Assembly (NCBI GenBank): GCA_965248355.1
Contig: OZ252098.1
Span: 1,440,001 to 1,504,000 of the forward strand
DNA: 64,000 nt
DNA from: Candidatus Latescibacterota bacterium
GTDB lineage: Bacteria; Latescibacterota; UBA2968; UBA8231
Reading direction: 5' to 3'
Made by a program: the position numbers and the translations under genes. The notes under the pieces were generated by a model. It made no database searches. It saw nothing but the letters and a program-made list of their open reading frames with translations, and was not told where the DNA came from. Of this stretch, positions 18,088 through 26,889 are shown piece by piece. The number at the start of each line of letters is the position of its first letter. Positions within the stretch are counted from its first letter, which is position 1.

Positions 18088-19680
18088 TTAGGAGACACCT
18101 TCGTTGTAGGGGCCAAGGTCCGGGTCGACGAAGCCGCGATGGTAGGCGCGCCCCATGAGGTAGCGGACCTCCAGCTCCACGTCGCGCAGAGTCAGCGGCG
18201 GGATCACCTCCGGCTCGCGCTTCACCAGCTCCACCTCGATCTCGTTGGTCCCCCGCCGCGGCCAGTGGTCGGGCCCGAGTCGGTAGACGAACCAGTAGCA
18301 GGTGCCGGTGCGGAAGCGCGGAGCCCGCATGCGGTAAGCCTCGTTGATGCGGCGCAGGCCCTCGGCGGGCAGCTCGCGGCCGTTGAGGCGCATGCGCACT
18401 TCGTCGGTCTCGGTGCAGGTCAGCAGGCGGAATCGCAGGATCACCTCGTGGACGCGGCCGTCGGCGTGCCAGCGCGGCAGGTCGTCGGAGAACTCGAGGG
18501 GGACGCGCAGCGGCTCGCCCTCGGCCAGCTCCGCCGGCAGCGGGCAGCGGGCCCCGGGCTCCAGCTCGGGGTCGGGGTAGCGGCCGGTGGCGGTGGGCAC
18601 GTAGTAGTACTTGTCCTTCGGCGCCATGACCTCCGGGTGGGGCAGCTCGCGCAGCTTCTCGTAGAAGTCCGCCTCGTAAGGCCAGCAGCCGAACCAGTGC
18701 CCCAGGTAGAGGCCGTCGACACCCTGGTCCCAGTAGTTGCCGGCGCAGGCGCGGATGGCCTCGACCGGCGCCTGGTTGAGCCGGTCGGAGTCGACCAGGC
18801 TCTGCACCGTGGCCATGAGGTGCACGTCCCGGCCTTCGGCCTCGCTCACCAGCTCCCGGTAGTCGGCGTTGCAGTCGACCAGCTCCGGCCCGTGGAAGGT
18901 CTGGCCGATGACGATGTCCACCAGGCCCTCCCGCATCCAGCCGGCCAGGTCGAGGCCGATGTCGTAGCAGCCCTGCAGGCCGATGGGCACGCGCACGGCC
19001 AGGCGCCGGCCCTCGCCGCTGCCGCGCACGGTCTCGGAGACCCGGCGGATCCACTCCGTCATCACCCGCCGCCCGTCGGCGACCTCGTCCGGGTGGAAGT
19101 AGTAGGCCTGGTAGTTGAGCTGCAGCTCGAAACCGTCCACCGGGTAGTCCCGCACCGCCTCCTCGACGAGGGCGAAGCGCTCCTGGCGCACCTCCTCGTG
19201 GGCGAAGTCGAGGCAGTTGTAGCCCTTCCACGACTCCTCGACGCCGCTCTTGGCGCCGATCTCCAGGTGGGCGTTGTCGAAGCGGAACTCGGAGCAGCGC
19301 ACGTCCTCCTCGCGCGGCCCCCTTCCCTGCTGCACCAGCAGCGTCGGGTACACGGGCAGGCCCTTGGCCCGGGCGCGCTCGCAGATCACCCGGAGGGGGT
19401 CGTCGCCGCGGGCGATCATGTCGCTGGCGTTCTGGTGGGCCCGCCGGAAGATCAGGTGCGGCCAGCGGTCGACGTTGTGGCCCCACAGCTCGCCCACCTT
19501 GGTGTCGTGGAGCACGGTGCGGCCGTCGCCGAGGCAGAACATCAGCGCGTCCACGGGCGTGCCGAGAAGCTCGTCCACCCCCTGCTCGTACTCGACGCGC
19601 TGCATGGGGGGCTCGTACATGTAGATCAGCGGATGGCGGCCGTCGTGGTAGAAGGCCAGCCTTGGGAGTTCGGTCGTCAT
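18088..19680 (-). CDS. GH10-like TIM-barrel protein
   Basis: FYHDGRH, LDFAHEEVR, YPVDGFELQL, GVDGLYL. Confidence 0.7.
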   Translation of the reverse strand: MTTELPRLAFYHDGRHPLIYMYEPPMQRVEYEQGVDELLGTPVDALMFCLGDGRTVLHDTKVGELWGHNVDRWPHLIFRRAHQNASDMIARGDDPLRVICERARAKGLPVYPTLLVQQGRGPREEDVRCSEFRFDNAHLEIGAKSGVEESWKGYNCLDFAHEEVRQERFALVEEAVRDYPVDGFELQLNYQAYYFHPDEVADGRRVMTEWIRRVSETVRGSGEGRRLAVRVPIGLQGCYDIGLDLAGWMREGLVDIVIGQTFHGPELVDCNADYRELVSEAEGRDVHLMATVQSLVDSDRLNQAPVEAIRACAGNYWDQGVDGLYLGHWFGCWPYEADFYEKLRELPHPEVMAPKDKYYYVPTATGRYPDPELEPGARCPLPAELAEGEPLRVPLEFSDDLPRWHADGRVHEVILRFRLLTCTETDEVRMRLNGRELPAEGLRRINEAYRMRAPRFRTGTCYWFVYRLGPDHWPRRGTNEIEVELVKREPEVIPPLTLRDVELEVRYLMGRAYHRGFVDPDLGPYNEGVS

Positions 19681-19687
19681 GTCGTCC

Positions 19688-20812
19688 TCAGGTCCAGTTG
19701 CGGGGATCGGGAACGGCGACCCAGGTCGATCCTTCAGCGATCGACTGCTGGCTCGCCAGGCCGGGCAGGGTCATGTCCATGGCCGCGTCGATACCGACGG
19801 TGGGCTCGGTCTGTCCGCGGAGGGCGGCGACGAAGTCCTGCACCTCCCAGTAGTCGCCGCCGCCGTGGCCGGCCTGCAGGGCCTCGGGCGGCGGACTCTT
19901 CCAGAACTCGGGCAGGAACTCCTCTTCAAGCGCCGCCAGGGGCTCCCACTTGCGCTCCTCGCCGCGGGAGCGCAGCCACACCTTGGGCTCGGCCTCGTAG
20001 CCGTCGCCGGACTCGTAAGCGCCGTCCGTGCCCTGCAGGACGTAGTGGGTCATGTGGTGGGGCCGATCCGAGAGCATGTCGACGCGGATCTGCACCAGGC
20101 CGCCGCTGACCATCCGGCACATCATGGTCACCGAGTCCTCCATCTCGTAGCGGTCGCCCCGGGGATCGAGGTAGTGGTGCCCGGTGCCGGCGGCGCACAC
20201 GGCGGCGACGCGGTCGGGGCGCGGGGCCCCGGCGTTGAACCACTGGTACACCGGGCCGAGGCTGTGGGTCGGGTAGGTGCAGCCGTTGACGCCGGTCTGC
20301 CAGCGGCGGCGCCAGGGGGTCGCCTCGTTGAGGTCCCTGAGCTGGTGGACGTAGGCGCCCTCGCCGTAGTAGGGGTCCCCGAACAGCCCCCGCCGGGCGA
20401 TCTCGCGCACGAGGACGTTGGGCTTCATGTAGGTGAAGTTCTCGGCCATCATGTAGGTGGCCGTGCTGCGGCGGGCGGCGCCCACCAGGTCCCGGCACTC
20501 CTCGATGGAGACCCCGGCGGTGACCTCGCTGAGGACGTGGATGTCCCGCTCCAGGGCCAGGATCGCGTGGGGGACGTGCCACGGCATGGGCGTGCCGAGG
20601 ATGACGGCGTCCACGGCGCCGGAGTCGAGCAGTTCCCCGGCGTCGGTGAAGGCGTGCTCCACGCCCAGCTCGGCGGCGTTGGCCTGGAGCGGCTCGAGGC
20701 GCACGTCGCAGAGGGCGGTCAGCTCGGTGGCGGGATTGGCCCGCAGGGCCTGCACGAAGCTGTTGCCCCGGCCGGCGGCGCCGATGATGCCGAAACGGAT
20801 GCGGTCCGCCAT
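19688..20812 (-). CDS. Gfo/Idh/MocA-family oxidoreductase
   Basis: IRFGIIGAAGRG, HVLSEV, YMMAENF, YPTHSLGP, GHGGGD. Confidence 0.9.
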   Translation of the reverse strand: MADRIRFGIIGAAGRGNSFVQALRANPATELTALCDVRLEPLQANAAELGVEHAFTDAGELLDSGAVDAVILGTPMPWHVPHAILALERDIHVLSEVTAGVSIEECRDLVGAARRSTATYMMAENFTYMKPNVLVREIARRGLFGDPYYGEGAYVHQLRDLNEATPWRRRWQTGVNGCTYPTHSLGPVYQWFNAGAPRPDRVAAVCAAGTGHHYLDPRGDRYEMEDSVTMMCRMVSGGLVQIRVDMLSDRPHHMTHYVLQGTDGAYESGDGYEAEPKVWLRSRGEERKWEPLAALEEEFLPEFWKSPPPEALQAGHGGGDYWEVQDFVAALRGQTEPTVGIDAAMDMTLPGLASQQSIAEGSTWVAVPDPRNWT

Positions 20813-21531
20813 CAGTCCTCTTCCCAGGGAAGGGGCACGCCGAGGCGGGCGCCGGCGCCGCGGACCATGCGGTCCACCTCGGCGCGGAAGGCCTCCTCCG
20901 AGACCGCCGAGCCCACGTGGATGGCCAGGATCGTGCCGCCGCTGGTGGCCTTCGGCCAGCGCTCGGCGGTGGCCGGCTCGGCCTCCGTGATCCCGGCCAG
21001 GCCGCCTCCCATCAGGGAGGCCACCGCCGTGTAGCCGACGCTCTTGAAGAAGGCCGCCGGGATCATGGGGATCAGAGCGTCGAACTCCGGCCCCGTCTGG
21101 TAGTCGGCGAGGATCCGCGTGGCCGCGGCGCGGCGGCAGTAGTGGCCGGCGGAGCCGTAGTGGCCGATGGAGCGCACCGTGGCCATGCCCAGGCCCAGCT
21201 CCCGCGCCCGGGCGACGGCCATGTCGGTCGCCTCCAGCATGGGCACGTATCCCAGGCCGCCGTCGCCGTCGAGGGCGGCCACGGCCGGTGTCTCGCGGAT
21301 GACGAAGGGACTCGGGGCGGGGTTGAGCCGGCCGGTCTCCAGGGCGCCGCAGTAGCCGTCAAGGGCGCGGCAGCCGTGGCTGCGGACGCCGCGCAGGTCG
21401 GAGTCGACGAGCAACCGGCTGACGGCGCGCGCCTGACCGGGCGGCGATCCGGCCTTTTCGAGGCAGGCCGCGGCAAAGGTCAGCAGCCGTTCCTCGCGCA
21501 CGTTGACGGCCGTCTCGGGGGGCCGGTTCAT
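20812..21531 (-). CDS. Ldh_2 (YlbC/AllD-like) oxidoreductase, apparently internally shortened (possible pseudogene)
   Basis: DLRGVRSHG, LDGDGGLG, GHYGSAGHY. Only 239 aa, with no NP motif region. Confidence 0.7.
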   Translation of the reverse strand: MNRPPETAVNVREERLLTFAAACLEKAGSPPGQARAVSRLLVDSDLRGVRSHGCRALDGYCGALETGRLNPAPSPFVIRETPAVAALDGDGGLGYVPMLEATDMAVARARELGLGMATVRSIGHYGSAGHYCRRAAATRILADYQTGPEFDALIPMIPAAFFKSVGYTAVASLMGGGLAGITEAEPATAERWPKATSGGTILAIHVGSAVSEEAFRAEVDRMVRGAGARLGVPLPWEED

Positions 21532-21543
21532 GGCCTGATCTCC

Positions 21544-21572
21544 TTGCCCGTCAAAAGGGCCGAGGCTACCTT
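21544..21572 (+). promoter_or_regulatory. putative sigma70 promoter
   Basis: TTGCCC-N17-TACCTT upstream of ATG 21620. Confidence 0.4.
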
Positions 21573-21619
21573 GCCCGGCCCCTCTTTTTCACCTGCAAAC
21601 GAACTGCGAACTGGACCCG

Positions 21620-22762
21620 ATGAAACTCGACGTCGTGGAACTGACGAAGGAGTTCGTAAGCTACAAATCCGAGAGCCGCCTGAGCAACGTCCCGGTCACC
21701 GAGCGTACCGCCGAGATTCTGAAGTCTCTGAAGTTCGAGGTGGAGCGGCTTCCCTACACCGACGACCGGGGCGTGGACAAGCTCTGCGTCGTCGGCCGGC
21801 TGGGGAAAGGCGGCGGCGGGCTCACGCTGATGAGCCACGACGACGTGGTGCCGGCGGCCCTCGAGGACGGCTGGAAGCAGGACCCCTACACGGCCCGGAT
21901 CGCCGGGGGCAAGCTCTACGGCCGCGGCGCCTGCGACATGAAGGGCCCCCTGGCGGCCTCGATCTGCGCCGCCGCGAAGTTCGGGGACCGCGGCCTCAAG
22001 CAGCCGCTGTTCATCGTGGTCACCGCCGACGAGGAGGTGCAGGCCCGGGGGGCCCGGGAGGTGACCCGCAACTCGAAACTCTTCGACGAGGCCAGCTCCG
22101 GGTACGGCGTGATCTGCGAGCCCACCCTCCTGCGCGTGGTCTACGCCCACAAGGGTTCCATGTCGATCCGCGCCACGGCCAGCGGCCGCGCCGCCCACAC
22201 GAGCACCCTGAAGGGAGTCAACGCCAACCTGGCCATGATCCCCTTCCTGGTGGAGATGAAGAAGATCAACGATCTCGTGCTCTCCTCGAAGCGCTACCGC
22301 AACGAGGAGTTCTCGCCCCCCCACTCGGAGTGGAGCATCGGCATCAACGACGGCAACGTGGCCACCAACATCTCGCCGGTGCGCAGCGTCTGCACCGTGA
22401 GCTACCGGCTCATGCCCGGCATCGATCCCGAGAGGCTGCTCGAGCGCACCAAAGCCAAGGCCCGGGAGTGCGGCCTCGAGGTGGAGGTCAGGTTCCCCGG
22501 CGAGCCGGTCTACACCCCCCCGGACGCCGCCATCGTGCGCACCGCCCTGCGCCTGTCCGGCACCCGCAAGCCGACGACCGTCGCCTACGGCACCGACGGC
22601 CTCGCCTTCCGCGAGAAGATGCGGGATCTGGTCGTGCTCGGGCCCGGCAACATCGCCCAGGCCCACACGGTGGACGAGTGGGTGCGGATCGATCAACTGC
22701 GCAAGGGGGTCGACCTGTACCAGCGCTTCATCGACCACGTCTGCGTGCGCGGAGAGAGCTGA
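21620..22762 (+). CDS. argE: acetylornithine deacetylase-like M20 enzyme
   Basis: MSHDDVVP, GRGACDMKG, TADEE, ICEPT, AHKG, GPGNIAQAHTVDE. Confidence 0.75.
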   Translation: MKLDVVELTKEFVSYKSESRLSNVPVTERTAEILKSLKFEVERLPYTDDRGVDKLCVVGRLGKGGGGLTLMSHDDVVPAALEDGWKQDPYTARIAGGKLYGRGACDMKGPLAASICAAAKFGDRGLKQPLFIVVTADEEVQARGAREVTRNSKLFDEASSGYGVICEPTLLRVVYAHKGSMSIRATASGRAAHTSTLKGVNANLAMIPFLVEMKKINDLVLSSKRYRNEEFSPPHSEWSIGINDGNVATNISPVRSVCTVSYRLMPGIDPERLLERTKAKARECGLEVEVRFPGEPVYTPPDAAIVRTALRLSGTRKPTTVAYGTDGLAFREKMRDLVVLGPGNIAQAHTVDEWVRIDQLRKGVDLYQRFIDHVCVRGES

Positions 22763-22791
22763 AGCAGGAGGGCCAAGAGCGGGGCCCGCAC

Positions 22792-22810
22792 TCCGCCGGC
22801 GGCCGGCGGA
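22792..22810. terminator. GC-rich hairpin between convergent genes
   Basis: tccgccggc-g-gccggcgga. No U-tract. Confidence 0.35.
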
Positions 22811-22811
22811 C

Positions 22812-23834
22812 TCAGGACCCCAGTTGTCCGCCCTCGGCCAGGGCCTCGGCGATCTGCACCGCGTTCAGGGCCGCGCCCTTGCGCAACTGATCGCCGCACA
22901 GGAACAGGCTCACGCCGGTGCCGTCGGGCCGCGACAGGTCCTGGCGGACGCGGCCCACGAGCACCTCGTCCCGGCCGCTGGCCTCCAGGGGCATGGGGAA
23001 GTGGTTGGCCTCGCGGTCGTCGACCAGCTCCACGCCCGGCGCCTCGCCCAGGATCCGCCGCACCTCCGCCTCGCTCACCGGCTCCTCGAACTCGACGGTC
23101 ATCGCCTCGGAGTGGGCCCGCAGGACGGGGACGCGCACGCAGGTGGGCGATACCAGGATCGACTCCTCGTGGAACATCTTGCGCGTCTCCCGGATCATCT
23201 TCACCTCCTCCTCGCAGTAGCCGTCCTCGTCGATCTCGGTGTTGTGCGAGAACAGGTTGAAGGCGATCGGGTACGGCAGCTCCCGGGGCACGGCGGGCCT
23301 GTCGGCGAGCACCTCCCGCGTCTGCTCCACCAGCTCCTCCATGGCCTTGGCGCCGGCGCCCGAGATCGCCTGGTAGGTGGAGACGACGACGCGGCGCACG
23401 CGATGGGCGCGGTGCAGGGGCCACAGGGGCACGACCATGATGATGGTGGAACAGTTCGGGTTGGCGATGAGGCCCTTGTGGGCGGCCAGGTCGCCGGCGT
23501 TGACCTCGGGCACCACGAGGGGCACCTCGGGGTCCATGCGGAAGGCGGAGGTGTTGTCCACGACCACGGCGCCGGCCGCCACCGCCGCCGGCGCGAACCG
23601 CCGGCTGAGGCTGCCGCCGGCCGATGACAGCACCAGGTCGATGCCGTCGAAGGAGTCCTCCGTCAGCTCCTGCACCGTGAGGCTCTCGCCGCGGAAGTCG
23701 ATGCGCCGGCCGGCGGAACGGCTGGAGGCCAGCAGCCGCAGCTCGTTCACCGGAAAGTCGCGCTCGGCCAGGATCTCGAGCATGACCTGGCCCACGGCGC
23801 CGGTGGCGCCCATGACGGCGACGCTGTAGCTCAC
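22812..23834 (-). CDS. asd: aspartate-semialdehyde dehydrogenase
   Basis: GATGAVG, VDNTSAFRM, IANPNCST, STYQAISGAG, CVRVPV..HSE, DQLRKGAALNAVQIAE. GTGA overlap with hom. Confidence 0.97.
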   Translation of the reverse strand: MSYSVAVMGATGAVGQVMLEILAERDFPVNELRLLASSRSAGRRIDFRGESLTVQELTEDSFDGIDLVLSSAGGSLSRRFAPAAVAAGAVVVDNTSAFRMDPEVPLVVPEVNAGDLAAHKGLIANPNCSTIIMVVPLWPLHRAHRVRRVVVSTYQAISGAGAKAMEELVEQTREVLADRPAVPRELPYPIAFNLFSHNTEIDEDGYCEEEVKMIRETRKMFHEESILVSPTCVRVPVLRAHSEAMTVEFEEPVSEAEVRRILGEAPGVELVDDREANHFPMPLEASGRDEVLVGRVRQDLSRPDGTGVSLFLCGDQLRKGAALNAVQIAEALAEGGQLGS

Positions 23835-25126
23835 AGGTCCTGCATGCGGATCAGGCGCAGGCCGCGGGTCACCAGGGGCAGGGCCTCGATGGCCCTCACC
23901 GCCTGCTGCATGGACCGCTCCCGCGCCTCGTGGGTGACGATGACCAGGGGCACGGCGCCGCCCTGGAGGTCGCGCTCCTTCTGCAGCACCGAGGCGATGC
24001 TGATCCGCTCCTCGGCGAGGATGCGGGCGATCCGCTCGAGCACGCCGGGACGGTCCTCCACCAGCATGCGCAGGAAGTAGCGGATCTCGGCCTCGCAGAT
24101 GTCGGTGAAGCCGACGGCCTCCTCGCCGAGGATCATGTCGCCGATGGAGGTGGCGGCTCCCCTCCGGCGGCGCTCGGCCAGCTCCACGAGATCGGAGACC
24201 ACGGCGCTGGCCGTCGGCATCCGGCCGGCGCCGGCGCCGGAGAACACCTGCGTGCCCACGGCGCTGCCCACGACCTCGATGGCGTTGAACTCGTCCTGGA
24301 TGTTGGCCAGCTGCGAGTCGGCGGGGACCATCACCGGATGCACGCGGGCCTCCACCCCCCCGGGGGCCTGCCGGGCGATGGCGAGCAGCTTGATGGCGAA
24401 GCCCAGCTCGCGGGCGTACTCGATGTCGCTGGCCTCGATGGCCTCGATCCCCTCGCAGTAGATGTCGGCCGCGGTGCCCCGGGTGTGAAAGGCGATGCGG
24501 CTGAGGATGACGAGCTTGGAGGCGGCGTCGGCGCCGCTCACGTCGGCCGCGGGATCGGGCTCGGCGTACCCGGCGGCCTGGGCCTGCGCCAGGATCTGGT
24601 CGTAGTCCCCCTCGCCGCGGGCCATGCGCGTGAGGATGTAGTTGGTCGTGCCGTTGAGGATGCCGTAGAGGCTCTCCACGCGGTTGGCCACGAGGCCGTT
24701 GCGCAGGGAGCGGATGATGGGGATCCCGCCGGCGACGCTGGCCTCGAAGAGGAGATCGACGTCGCCCTCGGCGGCCAGGTCGAACAACTCGTCGCCGTGC
24801 TCGGCGATGACGGCCTTGTTGGCGGTGACCACGTGCTTGCCCGCTCTCAGGGCCTGCCGGATCCAGCCGCAGGCCCCCGGCGCCCCGGTCAGCTCGACCA
24901 CCACCTGCACCCCCGGATCGGAGATCACCTTTCCCGCGTCGCCGGTCAGCACGCCCGGGGGAAGCTGGACGTCCCGGGCCCTGGCGGGATCGCGCACGGC
25001 CGCGCGCCGCACCTCGAAGCACGCCTTGCGGCGGCGCACGGCGGCGGGCGCCTCGCGCAGGAGCTGCACGACGCCGGTGCCGACCGTGCCCAGGCCGATC
25101 AGGCCGAGACCGATGGCGCCGCTCAT
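23831..25126 (-). CDS. hom: homoserine dehydrogenase with C-terminal ACT domain
   Basis: GLGTVG, VVTANK, FEASVAGGIP, GILNGTTNYIL, GYAEPDP, DRPGVL. Confidence 0.97.
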   Translation of the reverse strand: MSGAIGLGLIGLGTVGTGVVQLLREAPAAVRRRKACFEVRRAAVRDPARARDVQLPPGVLTGDAGKVISDPGVQVVVELTGAPGACGWIRQALRAGKHVVTANKAVIAEHGDELFDLAAEGDVDLLFEASVAGGIPIIRSLRNGLVANRVESLYGILNGTTNYILTRMARGEGDYDQILAQAQAAGYAEPDPAADVSGADAASKLVILSRIAFHTRGTAADIYCEGIEAIEASDIEYARELGFAIKLLAIARQAPGGVEARVHPVMVPADSQLANIQDEFNAIEVVGSAVGTQVFSGAGAGRMPTASAVVSDLVELAERRRRGAATSIGDMILGEEAVGFTDICEAEIRYFLRMLVEDRPGVLERIARILAEERISIASVLQKERDLQGGAVPLVIVTHEARERSMQQAVRAIEALPLVTRGLRLIRMQDL

Positions 25127-25310
25127 GGGCTCGCGGGGGCGCGCACGGCGGACGGCGCTCGTGGCCCGGGCGGCCCGGTCCGGCCGTCGGGGGCGGTGGT
25201 CTGAGGCCTCGCGGCGATCATCTGCGAATCGTTCGGTTTCTCTCGGTGAGGCGCGGCTCCGGGGCGCCTGCGCGGAGAGGCGGGCGGTCCGGAACGGCAC
25301 AAGACGTTCG

Positions 25311-25401
25311 AAGTTACCGGGGCCTCCGGATATCGTCAATCAGAACGCGCCCCGGGTGCGGGAGGGCCTTCGTTGCCGCCCCGGGCGGGGGCGGGTAGGT
25401 T
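25311..25401. promoter_or_regulatory. divergent sigma70-like promoters for hom-asd and ctaA
   Basis: Minus strand TTGACG-N17-TAACTT (25339-25311). Plus strand TTGCCG-N17-TAGGTT (25373-25401). Confidence 0.5.
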
Positions 25402-25416
25402 GGTGCGGGAGGATAC

Positions 25417-26367
25417 GTGAGGGGATTCCGCAACATCGCCATCGCCGCCGCCGCGGTGACCTTCCTGGTGATCGCCGCCGGGGGCTTCGTGCGGGCCGCC
25501 GGCGCCGGCCTCGGGTGCCCGGACTGGCCCCGGTGCTTCGGCCGCTGGATCCCGCCCACCGAGGTCAGCCAGCTGCCGCCGGAGATCGACCCCGAGAGGT
25601 TCGACTTCGCCCTCGCCTGGATCGAGTACGTCAACCGCCTCCTGGGGGTGGTCGTCGGCCTGCTGATCCTGGCTGTCCTGGTATCGGCCTGGCGCGTGCA
25701 CCGCCGCCGGCCCGCCATCCTGGGCCCGGCCCTGGCGGTGGGTCTGCTCGTCGCCTTCCAGGGGTGGTTCGGCGGCCAGGTGGTGGCCCACGAGCTCGAC
25801 CCGCGGCTGGTGACCGTCCACCTCTTCGTGGCCCTGGCCATCGCCGGCCTGCTCCTGCACCTGGTGGTGCAGGGCTTCGACGCCGAAGGGGACCGCCTGC
25901 CGAGGCCTCCGGCCGGGGCGTCGCCCTTGTTCCGCCTCGGCCTTCTGGTCCTGGGGGCGGCGGTGGTGCAACTGGTGCTCGGCGCCTTCCTGCGCGGCAG
26001 CCTCGAAGGGGTGATGGCCGCCGACCCCGACCTGGAGCGCTCCCGGCTCCTAAGCCGCGTAGGCATGGCGGACGAGGTCCACAAGACCGGCGCCCTGATC
26101 GTCGCCCTGCTGTGCGCCTCGCTGCTGTGGGCGGCCCACACCCGGCTGGGGGACCACCCCGGCCTGCGGCGGCTGGCGCAGGCGCCGGCGTGGCTCACGC
26201 TGGCGCAGATCGCCGCCGGCCTGGGGCTGACCTCCCTGGCCCTGCCCCCCGTCCTGCAGTTGGCCCACCTGGTGCTCGGGAGCCTGTTGTTCGGCTGTCT
26301 CGTTTTGTCCGTGCTGCTGCTGGCCCCGGCGCGGGCGGGCCCGCCGGGGGAGCTTCAGGAGAACTGA
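25417..26367 (+). CDS. ctaA: heme A synthase (COX15/CtaA family)
   Basis: GLGCPDWPRC, WIEYVNR, QGWFGG..V, several His-containing TM helices. Confidence 0.88.
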   Translation: MRGFRNIAIAAAAVTFLVIAAGGFVRAAGAGLGCPDWPRCFGRWIPPTEVSQLPPEIDPERFDFALAWIEYVNRLLGVVVGLLILAVLVSAWRVHRRRPAILGPALAVGLLVAFQGWFGGQVVAHELDPRLVTVHLFVALAIAGLLLHLVVQGFDAEGDRLPRPPAGASPLFRLGLLVLGAAVVQLVLGAFLRGSLEGVMAADPDLERSRLLSRVGMADEVHKTGALIVALLCASLLWAAHTRLGDHPGLRRLAQAPAWLTLAQIAAGLGLTSLALPPVLQLAHLVLGSLLFGCLVLSVLLLAPARAGPPGELQEN

Positions 26368-26378
26368 CAGGTGGCTCC

Positions 26379-26849
26379 GTGAAGGCTGTCCGTAGAATCC
26401 TGCCGGTGCTGCTGGTATGGGGTGCTGGGGCTCAGGCTCAACCCGCCCCGCCCGATTCGGTCTGGAGCGACGAACAATGCTGGACCATGGTCACTGTCGA
26501 GGCGAGGGATGGGCAAGTTCCCCGGATCTGCCTGTGTTGGACCACCGTCGAGGAGGCCGACGCGTATCGAATCTGGCGGGAGATCTTCGTCACCGTGGGC
26601 TTGGACGATGCCGGCAACATAGTGGAGCTTGACACGCCGAGATTGGCCTGGGTGCCATGGGGAATGGTGACTCGACCGAAGGATCAGGGGCCGATCCTCT
26701 GCGCCGTGATCGCCAGCCTCGATGGTGATCCCACCAGGTGGGGCGTGTCCAGTGTCCAGGACGATCTCCACTCGGAACCGACAACAGCAGGTGACGCGGC
26801 AACGGCTGTCCGGCGGCTCAGTTGGGGCGAGGTCAAGGAGAGACTGTGA
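26379..26849 (+). CDS. small secreted beta-rich protein with C-terminal TAV..SWGEVK tail
   Basis: GTG start, signal peptide ending in AQA, W..V..A..YRIWR (Fn3-like), ends TAVRRLSWGEVKERL. Lower GC. Confidence 0.65.
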   Translation: MKAVRRILPVLLVWGAGAQAQPAPPDSVWSDEQCWTMVTVEARDGQVPRICLCWTTVEEADAYRIWREIFVTVGLDDAGNIVELDTPRLAWVPWGMVTRPKDQGPILCAVIASLDGDPTRWGVSSVQDDLHSEPTTAGDAATAVRRLSWGEVKERL

Positions 26850-26889
26850 GCCCGAAGAATCCGGAAAAGGCCACCTTGCCGTTCTGGCC

